A stretch of 32,000 nt of DNA from Candidatus Iainarchaeum sp. (GTDB taxonomy: Archaea > Iainarchaeota > Iainarchaeia > Iainarchaeales > CSSED10-239): NCBI GenBank assembly GCA_028700115.1, contig JAQVTI010000003.1, forward strand, positions 38,551 to 70,550. Reading direction: 5' to 3'. The position numbers were made by a program, and so were the translations under genes. Under the pieces are notes generated by a model, which was not told where the DNA came from, searched no databases, and saw only the letters and a program-made list of their open reading frames with translations. Positions 1 to 10,777 of the stretch are shown in pieces; positions within the stretch are counted from its first letter, which is position 1, and every line of letters begins with the position of its first letter.

Positions 1-2
1 TT

Positions 3-431
3 TATTTATTTATTTTTCTAATTATTGGTTTTTTTATTGGTTTTTTTATTTTTAATAGCATATATTCTATCGGTAATTCTTCTAAAGTTTTAAATAATTC
101 TTTTCAATCTTTAGAAACAAATATTAATTCTTTTTATTTTTTAGAAACAAATGAAATATCTAAAGATTCATATGTTTTTATTGGAGGTAAAACTAATTTA
201 AATAATTTTGTTTATTTAGAAAAGGATTATTATAATTCAATTATTAAAAATAATATAACCGTAGAAAATGCTTTGAAGAAAAATAATAATCAACACAAAG
301 TTATTTTAGTTGGTTGTCATTGTATGAAAATTGAAAACGGTTATTATTTTATAGTAGGTAATTGTGATTGTAAAATATCACATTGTGATTATCAACAAAA
401 TTATATTTGTGAAACAGGAAATATTATGTGA
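3..431 (+). CDS. 5'-truncated small membrane-anchored Cys-rich protein, paralog of the next gene
   Basis: Open frame from base 3 to TGA at 429-431, not in the ORF track. N-terminal hydrophobic segment (FLIIGFFIGFFIF) and C-terminal VENALKKNNNQHKVILVGCHCMKIENGYYFIVGNCDCKISHCDYQQNYICETGNIM. Confidence 0.75.
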   Translation, partial: YLFIFLIIGFFIGFFIFNSIYSIGNSSKVLNNSFQSLETNINSFYFLETNEISKDSYVFIGGKTNLNNFVYLEKDYYNSIIKNNITVENALKKNNNQHKVILVGCHCMKIENGYYFIVGNCDCKISHCDYQQNYICETGNIM

Positions 432-436
432 TTTTT

Positions 437-829
437 ATGGATCAAAAAATTCTTTTTATAATTTTATTAGGTTTTATTTTTGGTTTTTTAATTTGCTTTT
501 TTATATTTATCCAAGTTTCTAATTTAGGTTATTCTTCTAAGATTATTTCTAATAATTTGGATTATATTAATAATTCTAATTTATATAAGATTGAAATAAA
601 TAATAAAAATATTTTTATAGAAAATAATTATATTGAAGAATTTTTAAATAATTTGAATTTACAAGAAAATGCTTTAAAAAAATCAAAAAATAATAATATC
701 ATTTTAGAAAGATGTAAATGTGTTTTAACAAAAGACGATATTATTTATATTATGGAAACTTGTGATTGTGGTAGTAATTCTTGTCAAGAAATTAATGCTA
801 TTTGTAAAGATAGTATTTCAGTAGATTAA
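437..829 (+). CDS. Small membrane-anchored Cys-rich hypothetical protein
   Basis: ORF with one N-terminal TM and C-terminal CKC...CDC...C...C pattern shared with the preceding gene. ATG at 437 follows GTGAT; the track start at 428 is a GTG. Confidence 0.8.
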   Translation: MDQKILFIILLGFIFGFLICFFIFIQVSNLGYSSKIISNNLDYINNSNLYKIEINNKNIFIENNYIEEFLNNLNLQENALKKSKNNNIILERCKCVLTKDDIIYIMETCDCGSNSCQEINAICKDSISVD

Positions 830-845
830 TTTTTAGAGATTTTAT

Positions 846-1469
846 ATGTTTAATAAAAAAAATTTATTTTTAAGAATTTTTTATTTTTTAATAATTTTTT
901 TTATTTTCATATATTTATCATGTTTTCAAAGTTCGTTATCTATTTTATGGTTTTGTAAAATTTCAATAATTCTTTTAATTATTGCTTTAATTTCTAATTC
1001 TGATATTCTTTATAGTTGTGTTTTAATTTCTCAAAGTTTTGTTTTTTTAATTTTTTTATTAGAAGTTGTTTCTTTATTTTTATTTAATGTTTCTTTATTT
1101 AATTTATCTAATATTTATAATAATTTTTTTGATTGGATAATAAGTATTTTTTATCATGTAGTTATATTTTTAATTCCATTACATTTATTAATTTTAAAAA
1201 GAAAATTTATACAAGACACTTGGTTTTTGTCTTCTTTTTTATTTTTATTTTTTTCTGTAGTAATATATGTTATAGATAAATTTAATTTACCAATTGATGG
1301 GTCTATTAATTGTGTTTTTTCGTGTAATAATTTTGGAATTATAACTTATGCATATAATTTAATTTATCAATATATTCCAATTGCAAATTTTATTATAAAT
1401 TGGATCATTCTTTCTTTTTTATTCTACATTACTAGTTTATTTTTCGATAAAATTCTAAATAATAAATAA
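846..1469 (+). CDS. Hypothetical multi-pass membrane protein
   Basis: 207-aa ORF, strongly hydrophobic throughout, closely follows the preceding gene. Confidence 0.7.
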   Translation: MFNKKNLFLRIFYFLIIFFIFIYLSCFQSSLSILWFCKISIILLIIALISNSDILYSCVLISQSFVFLIFLLEVVSLFLFNVSLFNLSNIYNNFFDWIISIFYHVVIFLIPLHLLILKRKFIQDTWFLSSFLFLFFSVVIYVIDKFNLPIDGSINCVFSCNNFGIITYAYNLIYQYIPIANFIINWIILSFLFYITSLFFDKILNNK

Positions 1470-1484
1470 ATTTTTATATTTAAA

Positions 1485-3683
1485 TTATCTTGCTAATAAC
1501 TCTTCTTTATCACTATTGTTTTTTTTATTTTCCTTTATCGCTATTTTAAAATGTTTTTTTGTAATTTTATTTGTGTCCAAGTTATTTTGTATTGCTTCTC
1601 TTACTGCATTCATACCAGCGTCTCTACAAATTGAATATATATCTGCTCCAGATAGTCCTTCTGTTTCATTTATTAGTTCTTTTAAATTTATATTTTTATC
1701 TGTGTTCATATCTTTAATATATATTTCGAATATTTTTTCTCTTGATTTTTCATCTGGCAAAGGAATTTCTAATTTTATGTCAAATCTTCCTGGTCTTAAA
1801 AAAGCAGGATCAACAATATCTATTCTATTTGTAGCACCTACTACAATTATGTCTTTTAATTTTGATATTCCATCCATTTCAGTTAAGATTTGTGCTACAA
1901 CATTATTACTTGATATATTGTTTTCTGTATTAAATCTAGTTTTTGTAATTGCATCAATTTCATCAAAAAATATTATAGTTGGTGCTAATTGTCTTGCTTT
2001 TTTAAAAATATTTCTTATTTTTTTTTCAGATTCTCCAACCCATTTATTAAATATTTCTGGTCCTTTTACAGATATAAAATTAGCATTACTTTCATTTGCA
2101 ATTGCTTTTGCTATTAAAGTTTTTCCTGTTCCAGGAGGTCCATATAATAAAACTCCTGATGGTGGGATTACTCCTGTTTCTTTAAATTTATCATAATATT
2201 TTATAGGCCATTCAATCATTTCTTTTAATTTTTCTTTTTGTTTTTCAAGTCCTCCAATATCGTTCCATTTTATTTTTGGAATTTGAACTTGTATTTCTCT
2301 AATCCCAGATGGTTCTACAACATTTAATGCTTCTTGAAAATCTTTATTTGTAATTATTAATTCTTCTAATATTTCTTTTGAAAGATTTTTATTTTGTTCT
2401 TTATTTATTTTTGGCATTAGTCTTTTTATTGATTTTAATGCTGCTTCTTTACATAATGCATTTAAATCTGCTCCTGTAAAACCATTGGTTTTTTCTATAA
2501 TTTCATTTAAATCTACATCTTTAGATAATGGCATCCCTCTTATATGAACTGTTAATATTTCTTTTCTTGAATTTTTATCTGGTATATTAATTTCTATTTC
2601 TCTATCAAATCTACCTGGTCTTCTAAGTGCAGGATCTAATGAATCTGGTATATTAGTAGCACCTATTACTACTACTTTTCCTCTAGAGTTTAATCCATCC
2701 ATTAATGTTAAAAGTTGTGCTACAATTCTTTTTTCAGTTTCATTATTCATTTCTTCTCTTTTTGGTGCAATTGCATCTATTTCATCTATAAATATTATAG
2801 ATGGTGCTTTTTCTTCTGCTTCTTTAAATATATTTCTTAAATTTTCTTCAGATTTTCCATATATACCTGAAACAATTTCTGGTCCATTAATTGTTGTAAA
2901 ATAAGCATCTGTTTCTGATGCAACTGCTTTTGCTAAAAGAGTTTTTCCTGTTCCAGGAGGTCCATAAAGTAAAACTCCTTTAGGTGAAGATATTCCTAAT
3001 TTTTTAAAAATTTCTGGTCTTCTTATAGGTAATTCTACCATCTCTCTAATAGTTTCTATTTCTTTTTTTAATCCACCTATATCGTCATAAGTTATATTTG
3101 TTGAGTTAGAATTTGTTTTTTCTGAAATTATTAATTTTGTATTATTTGTTATTTTTACAACTCCTAATGGAATTGTTTTTGTAACTATTAATTGTAATTT
3201 GTATTCTCCTTTTGGAGTTTGGAATTTTATTCCAGGGATTTTTATTATATTATTTTCAATTATATTTTGATTATTTATTTTGTCTTTTACAAATCCAAAA
3301 TAATCTTTTTGAGTTAATATTTTTTTTATTTCTGTAATATTATTTTCATCCATTCCTTGTTCAATTACAGGTGCTACTGTAATTGTTTTTGCTTCTTGTA
3401 CGTTTGTTTTTTCTATAAATACACTTTCATCTATTGCAACTCCCGCATTATATCTTAATATTCCATCTATTTTAATTATATTTAAACTAGTATCTTCTAT
3501 TTTTCCTTTTGTTGCATATGCTACCGCTTTTTTATTACTGTTTATTCCTTCTATTAAAATTATATCGCCTATAGATAGTTTCATTTTTTCAAATACTGCT
3601 GGATCAATTTTTGCAATTCCTTTTCCAACATCTGAAATGTTTGTTTCTTTTACAGTTAATATAATTTTTTCTTTTGGTTGCAT
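1485..3683 (-). CDS. cdc48: CDC48/VAT-type AAA+ ATPase with two AAA domains
   Basis: Two Walker A motifs (GPPGTGKT), Walker B ([29 protein letters not shown]), SRH-like motifs ([27 protein letters not shown]), N-domain. ATG start at 3683 preferred over the GTG at 3692. Confidence 0.95.
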   Translation of the reverse strand: MQPKEKIILTVKETNISDVGKGIAKIDPAVFEKMKLSIGDIILIEGINSNKKAVAYATKGKIEDTSLNIIKIDGILRYNAGVAIDESVFIEKTNVQEAKTITVAPVIEQGMDENNITEIKKILTQKDYFGFVKDKINNQNIIENNIIKIPGIKFQTPKGEYKLQLIVTKTIPLGVVKITNNTKLIISEKTNSNSTNITYDDIGGLKKEIETIREMVELPIRRPEIFKKLGISSPKGVLLYGPPGTGKTLLAKAVASETDAYFTTINGPEIVSGIYGKSEENLRNIFKEAEEKAPSIIFIDEIDAIAPKREEMNNETEKRIVAQLLTLMDGLNSRGKVVVIGATNIPDSLDPALRRPGRFDREIEINIPDKNSRKEILTVHIRGMPLSKDVDLNEIIEKTNGFTGADLNALCKEAALKSIKRLMPKINKEQNKNLSKEILEELIITNKDFQEALNVVEPSGIREIQVQIPKIKWNDIGGLEKQKEKLKEMIEWPIKYYDKFKETGVIPPSGVLLYGPPGTGKTLIAKAIANESNANFISVKGPEIFNKWVGESEKKIRNIFKKARQLAPTIIFFDEIDAITKTRFNTENNISSNNVVAQILTEMDGISKLKDIIVVGATNRIDIVDPAFLRPGRFDIKLEIPLPDEKSREKIFEIYIKDMNTDKNINLKELINETEGLSGADIYSICRDAGMNAVREAIQNNLDTNKITKKHFKIAIKENKKNNSDKEELLAR

Positions 3684-3803
3684 ATTTTTCACATTTATTT
3701 ATTTATTTAAGATGTATATTTATTTGTTTTAAATATGTATCTTTAAATTTATTTTATTATATATATTATTGAAAAATAATTTTAAAAGTTTTTTTATATA
3801 TTT

Positions 3804-4688
3804 TTAGTCAAATTGATTAATTTTATCTAAGAATTCTTTACTATATATAAAATCTATTAATTTATCTAAATTTCCATAATATTTTTTAAAGAATATTTTA
3901 GAATATATTATACCTTGAATATAAGGGTTATTTAAATCATTTATTTTTGGGGTTTGATTTTTTCCAATTTGTAATCTAGTATTTATTACATTTGTTATAA
4001 ATTCTATAAAAAATTCGTTTTTTGCTAATGCTTTTTGATTATTTTTATTAAATGCTATGTGCATTAATTCATGAACTAATGTTTGTGGGGATGTATTAAT
4101 TAATCTAATTTCATTTGTTATTGGATTTGCATCTCCTAATATTTTATTTACTTGTTTTTGTTCTAATAATTTGTTAATTATTTCTGCTAATTCAATTATA
4201 TCTGTTTTATATACTGCATGTTTAATTTGGCTATAAACATCTAATTTTGATATTTTTAGTGTTTCTAAAAAAGATGTGCTTTTAATAAGTTTTGTTTTTA
4301 TTAATTCTTCTGATATTTTTTTACAAATATTTTTCATATATACTATTTCATTTTTATTAAAATTAGTTGGTTTATATCCTTTTTTTTTAAGTATTGATTT
4401 TATACTTTTTGATAAATATACACCTATTTTATATTTTGTAAATATTTTTATATTTTCTATTTCTTTTAATGGTACTTTTATTTTATCAAATTGTTGTATA
4501 TATTCTTCATATTCTTTTATTGCTTGTTCTTTTTTATTAATATATATTAATTTAATAAATTTATTTGCAATTTCATTAGGTGAAATATTTTTTGTAAGTT
4601 GATTTCTAATTTCTTTAGTTTTAATTTTTTTTTTTAATTCATCTATTTTATATTTTTTATCTTTAAATTTATTATTTTTTGGATTCAT
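3804..4688 (-). CDS. Hypothetical protein with HExxH metalloprotease-like motif
   Basis: 294-aa ORF containing LVHELMHIAFNK. Its 5' end overlaps the 3' end of topA by 17 nt. Confidence 0.75.
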   Translation of the reverse strand: MNPKNNKFKDKKYKIDELKKKIKTKEIRNQLTKNISPNEIANKFIKLIYINKKEQAIKEYEEYIQQFDKIKVPLKEIENIKIFTKYKIGVYLSKSIKSILKKKGYKPTNFNKNEIVYMKNICKKISEELIKTKLIKSTSFLETLKISKLDVYSQIKHAVYKTDIIELAEIINKLLEQKQVNKILGDANPITNEIRLINTSPQTLVHELMHIAFNKNNQKALAKNEFFIEFITNVINTRLQIGKNQTPKINDLNNPYIQGIIYSKIFFKKYYGNLDKLIDFIYSKEFLDKINQFD

Positions 4689-6738
4689 TTTTTTCTGTTT
4701 CCATTTTTTCTTTTCTTTTTTTTAAATATTCTTCTTTACTTTTACATTTTGGATTTAAACACATTTCTATATCTGAGTTTCTTTTACCTATAATTAAAAC
4801 AATTGGTTCATTACATATTTCACATATTTTTCCTGTTGCTTTAATATTTTTTTTCTGAGGTAAAGGATAAGTATTTCTACATGATGGAAATCCAGTACAG
4901 GCAACAAATTGTTTTCCTGTTTTTCCATATCTAATTATCAAATCTTTTCCACATTTAGGGCATTTTCCAATATAATTTGTTTGGTTTATTCCCCCTTTTA
5001 GTTCTTTTGAAATATTTTCTTTTTCATCTAATAAAACTTTAACTACTTTATGTAATATATTTCTATTTTCATTTACAACTTCTTCTTTTTCTTTTTTTCC
5101 TGTTGCAATTTTTTCCATTTCTTCTTCTGTGTCTGCAGTTAATTTTGGTTTTGTAATTATATTTGCATGTTTATTTAAAACAGAGCATACAGATATTGCA
5201 ATTTCTGTAGGGTCTACTGTTTTTTTTCCTTCAATATAATTTCTATCTCTTAATTTTTGAATTATTGCTGGTCTTGTTGATTTTGTTCCTAAATTTTGGT
5301 CTTCCATTAATTTGATTAAACCTCCTTCTGTATATCTTGATGGGGGCATTGTTTCTTTTTCATCAATATTTATTTTTTCAATATTTATTTGTTCTCCTTT
5401 TTCTAAGTTTGGTAATATTATTTCATTTAGTTTAGAAAAAGTATATATTGTTTTCCAACCTGGTTCTAGTATAGTTTGTCCATTAACAATAAATGGCTCT
5501 TTTTTTATTTCAATTATTGCAGATATATTTTCTGTTTTTGCATCTATTGATAATGTTGCCATAAATCTTCTTGCAATTAAATCATATATTTTTCTTTCAG
5601 GTCCAGATAAATCTGGTGCAAATTCAACTGGATGTATTGGAGGGTGGTCTGTTGTTTTTTTATTTCCTTTTGATGGATTTAATGGTTTTTTAAGAATTTC
5701 TTCTACAAATTTATAATATTCTTTAAATAATTTTAATTTTCCAAGTATTTCTTTTAAATTTAAACTTTCAGGATAAACTGTATTATCAGTTCTAGGATAA
5801 CTAATAAATCCATTTTGATATAAATTTTCTGCAATAGACATTGCTTTATTAGTACTTATTCCAATAGCACTTGCAGCTCTAAGAAAAGAAGTTGTATTAA
5901 ATGGTTCAGGTCTTTTAATAATTTTATTATTTTTACTTATTTTTGTAACAATTCCTTGTTTTTCTTTTTTTATATTTTCAAATATTAAATTTGCTTTTTC
6001 TAAGTCAAAAATTTTATTTTCTTTATATAATCCTTCAAATAAGTTTTTTCTTTTTTCAAAAATAGCATTTATAACTTTATATTTTTCTTTTTTAAATTTT
6101 TGTCTATCTAATTCTCTTTCAACTATTAAGTTTAAAAGAGGTGTTTGTACTCTTCCTGCTGATAAAAACATTTTTCCTTTTCTGTTTGCAACAATTGATA
6201 AATATCTTGTAAGTATTGCCCCCCAAAGTAAATCTATTTCTTGTCTTGCAAAAACAGAATTTGCATAATTAAAATCTAATTTTCTAAGATTTGAAAATGC
6301 GTCATTTACTTCCTTTTCTGTAAGTGCACTAAAATATGCTCTTTTTAAATTTGCATTTGGGTTTTTTAATTTTATATAATTATATGCTTCTAATCCAATT
6401 GCTTCTCCTTCCCTATCTGCATCTGTTGCAATTATTATTTCTGTTAATTCTTTTCTTTCTTTTTTTAAGATATTTATTATTTTTTTTTCAACTTCTTTAT
6501 ATAAAAATTTTTTATCTGCAAGTAAATCAAGAGTATATAAACTCCAAAATTTATCTCCATCTATGAAATCAACTGTATTGATATGTCCTCTAAGTGGAAC
6601 TAACAGAATTTTTTCATTTTTTTCTTTAAAGAAAAAGCAATTTATTCCATTTTCATTTAAAGTTTCAAAATTATTTTTTGAAAGAATTTGTACAATTTTT
6701 TTTCCAGCAATAGCTTTTTCAGAAATAATTAATTTCAT
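4672..6738 (-). CDS. topA: DNA topoisomerase I, type IA
   Basis: Toprim motifs (LIISEKAIAGKKI, ATDADREGEAIG), active-site region GFISYPRTDNTVYP, LSAGRVQTPLLNLIVERE, C-terminal zinc fingers (CPKCGK...CTGFPSC; CEICNE...CLNPKC). Confidence 0.96.
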   Translation of the reverse strand: MKLIISEKAIAGKKIVQILSKNNFETLNENGINCFFFKEKNEKILLVPLRGHINTVDFIDGDKFWSLYTLDLLADKKFLYKEVEKKIINILKKERKELTEIIIATDADREGEAIGLEAYNYIKLKNPNANLKRAYFSALTEKEVNDAFSNLRKLDFNYANSVFARQEIDLLWGAILTRYLSIVANRKGKMFLSAGRVQTPLLNLIVERELDRQKFKKEKYKVINAIFEKRKNLFEGLYKENKIFDLEKANLIFENIKKEKQGIVTKISKNNKIIKRPEPFNTTSFLRAASAIGISTNKAMSIAENLYQNGFISYPRTDNTVYPESLNLKEILGKLKLFKEYYKFVEEILKKPLNPSKGNKKTTDHPPIHPVEFAPDLSGPERKIYDLIARRFMATLSIDAKTENISAIIEIKKEPFIVNGQTILEPGWKTIYTFSKLNEIILPNLEKGEQINIEKINIDEKETMPPSRYTEGGLIKLMEDQNLGTKSTRPAIIQKLRDRNYIEGKKTVDPTEIAISVCSVLNKHANIITKPKLTADTEEEMEKIATGKKEKEEVVNENRNILHKVVKVLLDEKENISKELKGGINQTNYIGKCPKCGKDLIIRYGKTGKQFVACTGFPSCRNTYPLPQKKNIKATGKICEICNEPIVLIIGKRNSDIEMCLNPKCKSKEEYLKKRKEKMETEKNESKK

Positions 6739-6760
6739 TTTTAAAACAACCTTTATATTC

Positions 6761-7231
6761 TTAGAAAGTAGTTTGTATTATTTTTCCAGGTAAATTTTTA
6801 CTTTTTTTTTGTTCTTTTATTTCTGTAAGTGTATTTATTTTTATAATTCCATCTATTGAAAAAATATTATCTAATACTTTTTTTAAATCTGCTTTGTCTT
6901 CTGCAATTATTTTTGCAATATAATTATATTCTCCAGTTACTTCTATAAGTTTTATAACATCATCATTTTCTTTTAATTTTTTTAAAATTTCTTTTTGTTT
7001 AGGAGGGTCTACGCATATTAATAAATCTACTATTTCTAAAAAACCTATTATTGAATAGTCTATTTCTGCATATATAGATTTAATTATTCCTTTTTGTTTT
7101 AATCTTTCTAATCTTTTTTTAATAGCCACATCTGTGAGATTTATATCTTTTGCAATATTTGCAAATGAGGTTCTTCCATCTATTATTAATTTTTCAATAA
7201 TATGTTTGTCAATTTTATCTATAATTTGCAT
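6761..7231 (-). CDS. Lrp/AsnC family transcriptional regulator
   Basis: N-terminal HTH (LIIDGRTSFANIAKDINLTDVAIKKRLERLKQKGIIKSIYAEID) plus ligand-binding-like domain. Confidence 0.9.
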   Translation of the reverse strand: MQIIDKIDKHIIEKLIIDGRTSFANIAKDINLTDVAIKKRLERLKQKGIIKSIYAEIDYSIIGFLEIVDLLICVDPPKQKEILKKLKENDDVIKLIEVTGEYNYIAKIIAEDKADLKKVLDNIFSIDGIIKINTLTEIKEQKKSKNLPGKIIQTTF

Positions 7232-7237
7232 ATCTTT

Positions 7238-7978
7238 TCACATCTTATATTTTTTTATTTTTTTAAATTGATGTTTTGGTTTTAATAATTTATATTTATT
7301 TAAATATATTTCTGTTTTTAAAATTTCTATAAATGGAATTACAAATAAAACAAAGTATGCAGTAGATATAATAATCCCTAATATTTCTTTAAATAATGCA
7401 TCTAATATATTTGCAATTAATATTAATATAAATGATGTTAAAAAAAGTGTAATTAAATGTTGCCAATTATTTTTCCAATAAATTATGCTGTAATACATAG
7501 CAATTGGTGTTTTTTCTTTTTGTATAATTATTATTTGAGGTACAAACCATAAACTTATTGTAATTATTAAAAATAATATATTTATAATTATATTATTTAA
7601 TAAATTTAAATCATATAATACTACTGAAATTCCATATATTAATAAAAATAAGATCCAATTAAATTTTAAAAGTTTATAAAATGGATCTTTTATTTCATTA
7701 AATTTAATATTTTCAGAAATATTATAATCTTTTCCAATTTTATAAATTATCATTGTTTGTATTAATGAATATATAAATATTAAAATTAATACTGCAATTA
7801 TTCCAAAAATAATACTAAATATATCTATATTCAGAATATTGTAACTAATATTTAAAGTTCCTCCAAATAGAGAAAAAATTGGGTTTATTAAAAATAATAT
7901 AAATATAAATAAAACTCCAAAAAGTAAACTTATTTTTAAATTTTCAAAATATTTTTTAAAGCTTAAATTTATATCCAT
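7238..7978 (-). CDS. Hypothetical multi-pass membrane protein
   Basis: 246-aa ORF with about six hydrophobic segments. Confidence 0.7.
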   Translation of the reverse strand: MDINLSFKKYFENLKISLLFGVLFIFILFLINPIFSLFGGTLNISYNILNIDIFSIIFGIIAVLILIFIYSLIQTMIIYKIGKDYNISENIKFNEIKDPFYKLLKFNWILFLLIYGISVVLYDLNLLNNIIINILFLIITISLWFVPQIIIIQKEKTPIAMYYSIIYWKNNWQHLITLFLTSFILILIANILDALFKEILGIIISTAYFVLFVIPFIEILKTEIYLNKYKLLKPKHQFKKIKKYKM

Positions 7979-8075
7979 AAAAAATTCTCTTTATTTTATT
8001 TTATATATTATATTTATATATACAAAATTATTTAAATACCTAACATTATCCTTAAATATAATTAGTTTTAATAAC

Positions 8076-9287
8076 TTAAGCTATTAAATAGTATGTAGAA
8101 CAATTTTTAATTTTTAATTTTTTCATTTTATATAATGTACATTTATTTTTTGTAACTACTGTTATATAGTTATTAGTTCTTCCAGTAAATGTATTGTTTT
8201 TCCCTTTTTGGTTAATAAATACATCTAATGTTTTTCCAATATATTTTTTGTTTTCTTCATATACTATTTTTTCACAAATTTTTGTGATTTCTCTAGATCT
8301 TTGTTTTTTTATATTTCCTTTTAAATCTACATATTTATTTGCTTCAATATTTTTTCTTTGTCCAAATCTAGATATGTTTATTATTTTAGGTTTTATTTTT
8401 TTAATAAATTTTAATGTATCTATAAATTGATCATTATCTTCTGTAGGGTACCCTACAATTATATCTGTTGCAATTGTAATATCTGGTATTTCTTTTCTAA
8501 ATTCTTGTATAATGTATTCAACTTCTTCAATTGTATAATATCTATTCATTTCTTTTAGTACTTTATTATTTCCACTTTGAATAGGTATGTGTAAAAATTT
8601 ATATATTTTTTCATTTTTATAAATTTGAATTAATTCTTTTAAAAATAGTTTTATATATTGTGGATTTCCCATCCCATTTCTAATTTTAAATTCTTTTTTT
8701 ATTTTTGTAATTTCTTTTAATAATTCTACAATATTTGTATTTATATCAAAACCATAACATGCATTATCTTGGGATGTTAATAATATTTCCTTAGCCCCAT
8801 TTTTTAATGCACTGTTTATTTCTTTTAAAATTTTATTAATTGGTTTGCTTTTTAGTTTTCCTCTTGCAAATTTTACTGCACAATATGCACAATTTCCAAG
8901 GCATCCATTTGATATTATAATTATTTCTGTTTTTTTTTGTTTTGTTTTTATTTTTTTTACAGTTCTTATTTCTTTTTGTAATTTTTTAATTTCTTTTACT
9001 TTAAAATATTTTGCATTTGGTAAAACTTCTTTTATTGATAAGATATCTATATCTACAAGACATCCACAAACATATATATTTTTTTCAGAAACTTTTTTTT
9101 TTATTTTTTTTAAAAAATTTATAATTTTTGTTTGTGTTTGTTCTTTTACTCCACATGTATTTACTATTAATTTATCTTTTTTAGTAATATTTTCTATTTT
9201 TGTTTCTATTGCTATGTTTTTTGTGATTTCTTCACTATCTTTTTGGTTTAATGTACATCCAAATGTTTTTATAAATATTTTTTGCAT
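8076..9287 (-). CDS. Radical SAM tRNA (t6A37) methylthiotransferase, CDKAL1/e-MtaB-like
   Basis: MTTase N-terminal domain (IFIKTFGCTLNQKDSEEI), radical SAM motif NGCLGNCAYCAVKFARG, HIPIQSGNNKVLKEMNRYYT, C-terminal TRAM-like region. ATG at 9287 preferred over the 9317 start. Confidence 0.92.
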   Translation of the reverse strand: MQKIFIKTFGCTLNQKDSEEITKNIAIETKIENITKKDKLIVNTCGVKEQTQTKIINFLKKIKKKVSEKNIYVCGCLVDIDILSIKEVLPNAKYFKVKEIKKLQKEIRTVKKIKTKQKKTEIIIISNGCLGNCAYCAVKFARGKLKSKPINKILKEINSALKNGAKEILLTSQDNACYGFDINTNIVELLKEITKIKKEFKIRNGMGNPQYIKLFLKELIQIYKNEKIYKFLHIPIQSGNNKVLKEMNRYYTIEEVEYIIQEFRKEIPDITIATDIIVGYPTEDNDQFIDTLKFIKKIKPKIINISRFGQRKNIEANKYVDLKGNIKKQRSREITKICEKIVYEENKKYIGKTLDVFINQKGKNNTFTGRTNNYITVVTKNKCTLYKMKKLKIKNCSTYYLIA

Positions 9288-9294
9288 ATTATCT

Positions 9295-9681
9295 TTATTT
9301 ATTTGAAAGTATCCCAAATATTCCTGAAATGATTAATTCTAAATATGCTGAATCTAAGAGTATTTTAAAAAAAGGGTATTTTATAGGCATATTATTTAAT
9401 ATTTTTAAACTATTCCAATAAAAGAAAAATGTTGCAATTAAAAAACATAATATACCAATTATAAAAAATATTATTGAAAAATAATATTTGTTTTTTAGAT
9501 TTATATATTTCATTATAGTGGGTGTTAAATAATACATCCCCCCAAATCCTACAATTGGTAGAAGTATGTACATTGGAGATGTGAAAAAATTAGTCGGAGA
9601 TAATATTTTTATTAATATTTGTGAAAATGCATATGATATTATAAATATTATAATTAATTTTAAATTTATTTTTTTATTCAT
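9295..9681 (-). CDS. Hypothetical membrane protein
   Basis: 128-aa ORF with about four TM segments. Confidence 0.65.
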   Translation of the reverse strand: MNKKINLKLIIIFIISYAFSQILIKILSPTNFFTSPMYILLPIVGFGGMYYLTPTIMKYINLKNKYYFSIIFFIIGILCFLIATFFFYWNSLKILNNMPIKYPFFKILLDSAYLELIISGIFGILSNK

Positions 9682-9794
9682 GATAATTCCTCAAACAAAA
9701 TCTATAAATATTAGTTTGTGAAAAGAAATATAAATATATTGGGTTATTATTAAAATATAAATATTTAAAATATATTATATAATGTGATTTTTTT

Positions 9795-10775
9795 ATGTCA
9801 ATTCAAGATACTTTTCCTTGGACTGAAAAATATAGACCCAAGATTTTAGATAATGTTATAGGTCAAAAACATATTCTTCCAAGATTAAAAAGTTATGTTT
9901 CTAAAAAAACACTTCCAAATATGCTTTTTGCAGGTCCTCCTGGTGTTGGAAAAACTTGTTGTGCTATTGCTATTGCTAGAGAAATTTTTGGAAATACTTT
10001 TAATCAAGATTTTTTAGAATTAAATGCTTCTGATGAAAGAGGAATTAATGTTGTTAGAGGCGCTATTAAAGATTTTTCTAGAACATTACCATTAGGTGCA
10101 AATTTTAAAATTATTTTTTTAGATGAAGCTGATGCATTAACTACAGATGCTCAGCAAGCTTTAAGAAGGACTATGGAAAAATATACTGGAACTGTTAGAT
10201 TTATTTTAAATGCAAATTATTCTTCAAAACTGATTTCACCAATTCAAAGTAGATGTTCTTTATTTAAATTTAGGCCTCTTTTAAAAGAAGATATTTTAGA
10301 AGGTTTAAATAAAATTATAATTTCAGAAAATTTAGATATGTCTTCAGAAGCAAAGGATGCTTTGTTTGATGTTTGCGAAGGAGATATGAGAACTGCTACT
10401 AATTATCTTCAAGCTGCAAGTTCTGTTGACAAAAAAATTTCAGTTGAAACAATTTATGAAGTTTCAAATTCTGCTCAACCAAAAGATGTAATTACAATGA
10501 TTGAAAAATGTCTTAATGGTAATTTTTTAGAAGCTCGTAAATTTTTAGAAAATATGATTTTTGAGCAAGGTCTTTCTGGTGAAGATATAATTAATCAAAT
10601 TTATAAAAAATTAATTAGTATGTCTGAAGATAAAATTGATATTTCTACTAAAATACAAATTATTGATAAAATTGCAGAAATTAATTTTAGATTAGTTGAA
10701 GGGGCCAATGATCGTATACAATTAGAAGCATTACTTGCACAAATTATATTTATTGCTTCAAAAAAAGGTGATTAA
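9795..10775 (+). CDS. rfcS: Replication factor C small subunit (clamp loader)
   Basis: PWTEKYRPKILDNVIGQKHI, GPPGVGKT, LDEADALT, NASDERGI, RCSLFKFRPL: canonical RFC boxes. Confidence 0.96.
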   Translation: MSIQDTFPWTEKYRPKILDNVIGQKHILPRLKSYVSKKTLPNMLFAGPPGVGKTCCAIAIAREIFGNTFNQDFLELNASDERGINVVRGAIKDFSRTLPLGANFKIIFLDEADALTTDAQQALRRTMEKYTGTVRFILNANYSSKLISPIQSRCSLFKFRPLLKEDILEGLNKIIISENLDMSSEAKDALFDVCEGDMRTATNYLQAASSVDKKISVETIYEVSNSAQPKDVITMIEKCLNGNFLEARKFLENMIFEQGLSGEDIINQIYKKLISMSEDKIDISTKIQIIDKIAEINFRLVEGANDRIQLEALLAQIIFIASKKGD

Positions 10776-10777
10776 TT

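Noticed and set aside
1516-2196. 226-aa plus-strand ORF opposite cdc48
   Set aside because: Antisense shadow of a strongly conserved AAA ATPase. Composition is consistent with reverse reading of that coding sequence.
4276-4602. Plus-strand ORF opposite the HExxH protein
   Set aside because: Hydrophobic antisense reading of AT-rich coding DNA with no independent motif.
5312-5716. Plus-strand ORFs opposite topA (also 6336-6566 and 6563-6793)
   Set aside because: Antisense of topA. No start context and biased composition.
8076-9287. Radical SAM protein as a second peptide maturase
   Set aside because: The N-terminal MTTase domain and HIPIQSG motif clearly place it with tRNA methylthiotransferases.
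8845-9306. 153-aa plus-strand ORF opposite the methylthiotransferase (also 8194-8430)
   Set aside because: Phe/Ile/Ser-rich antisense shadow of conserved MTTase coding sequence.
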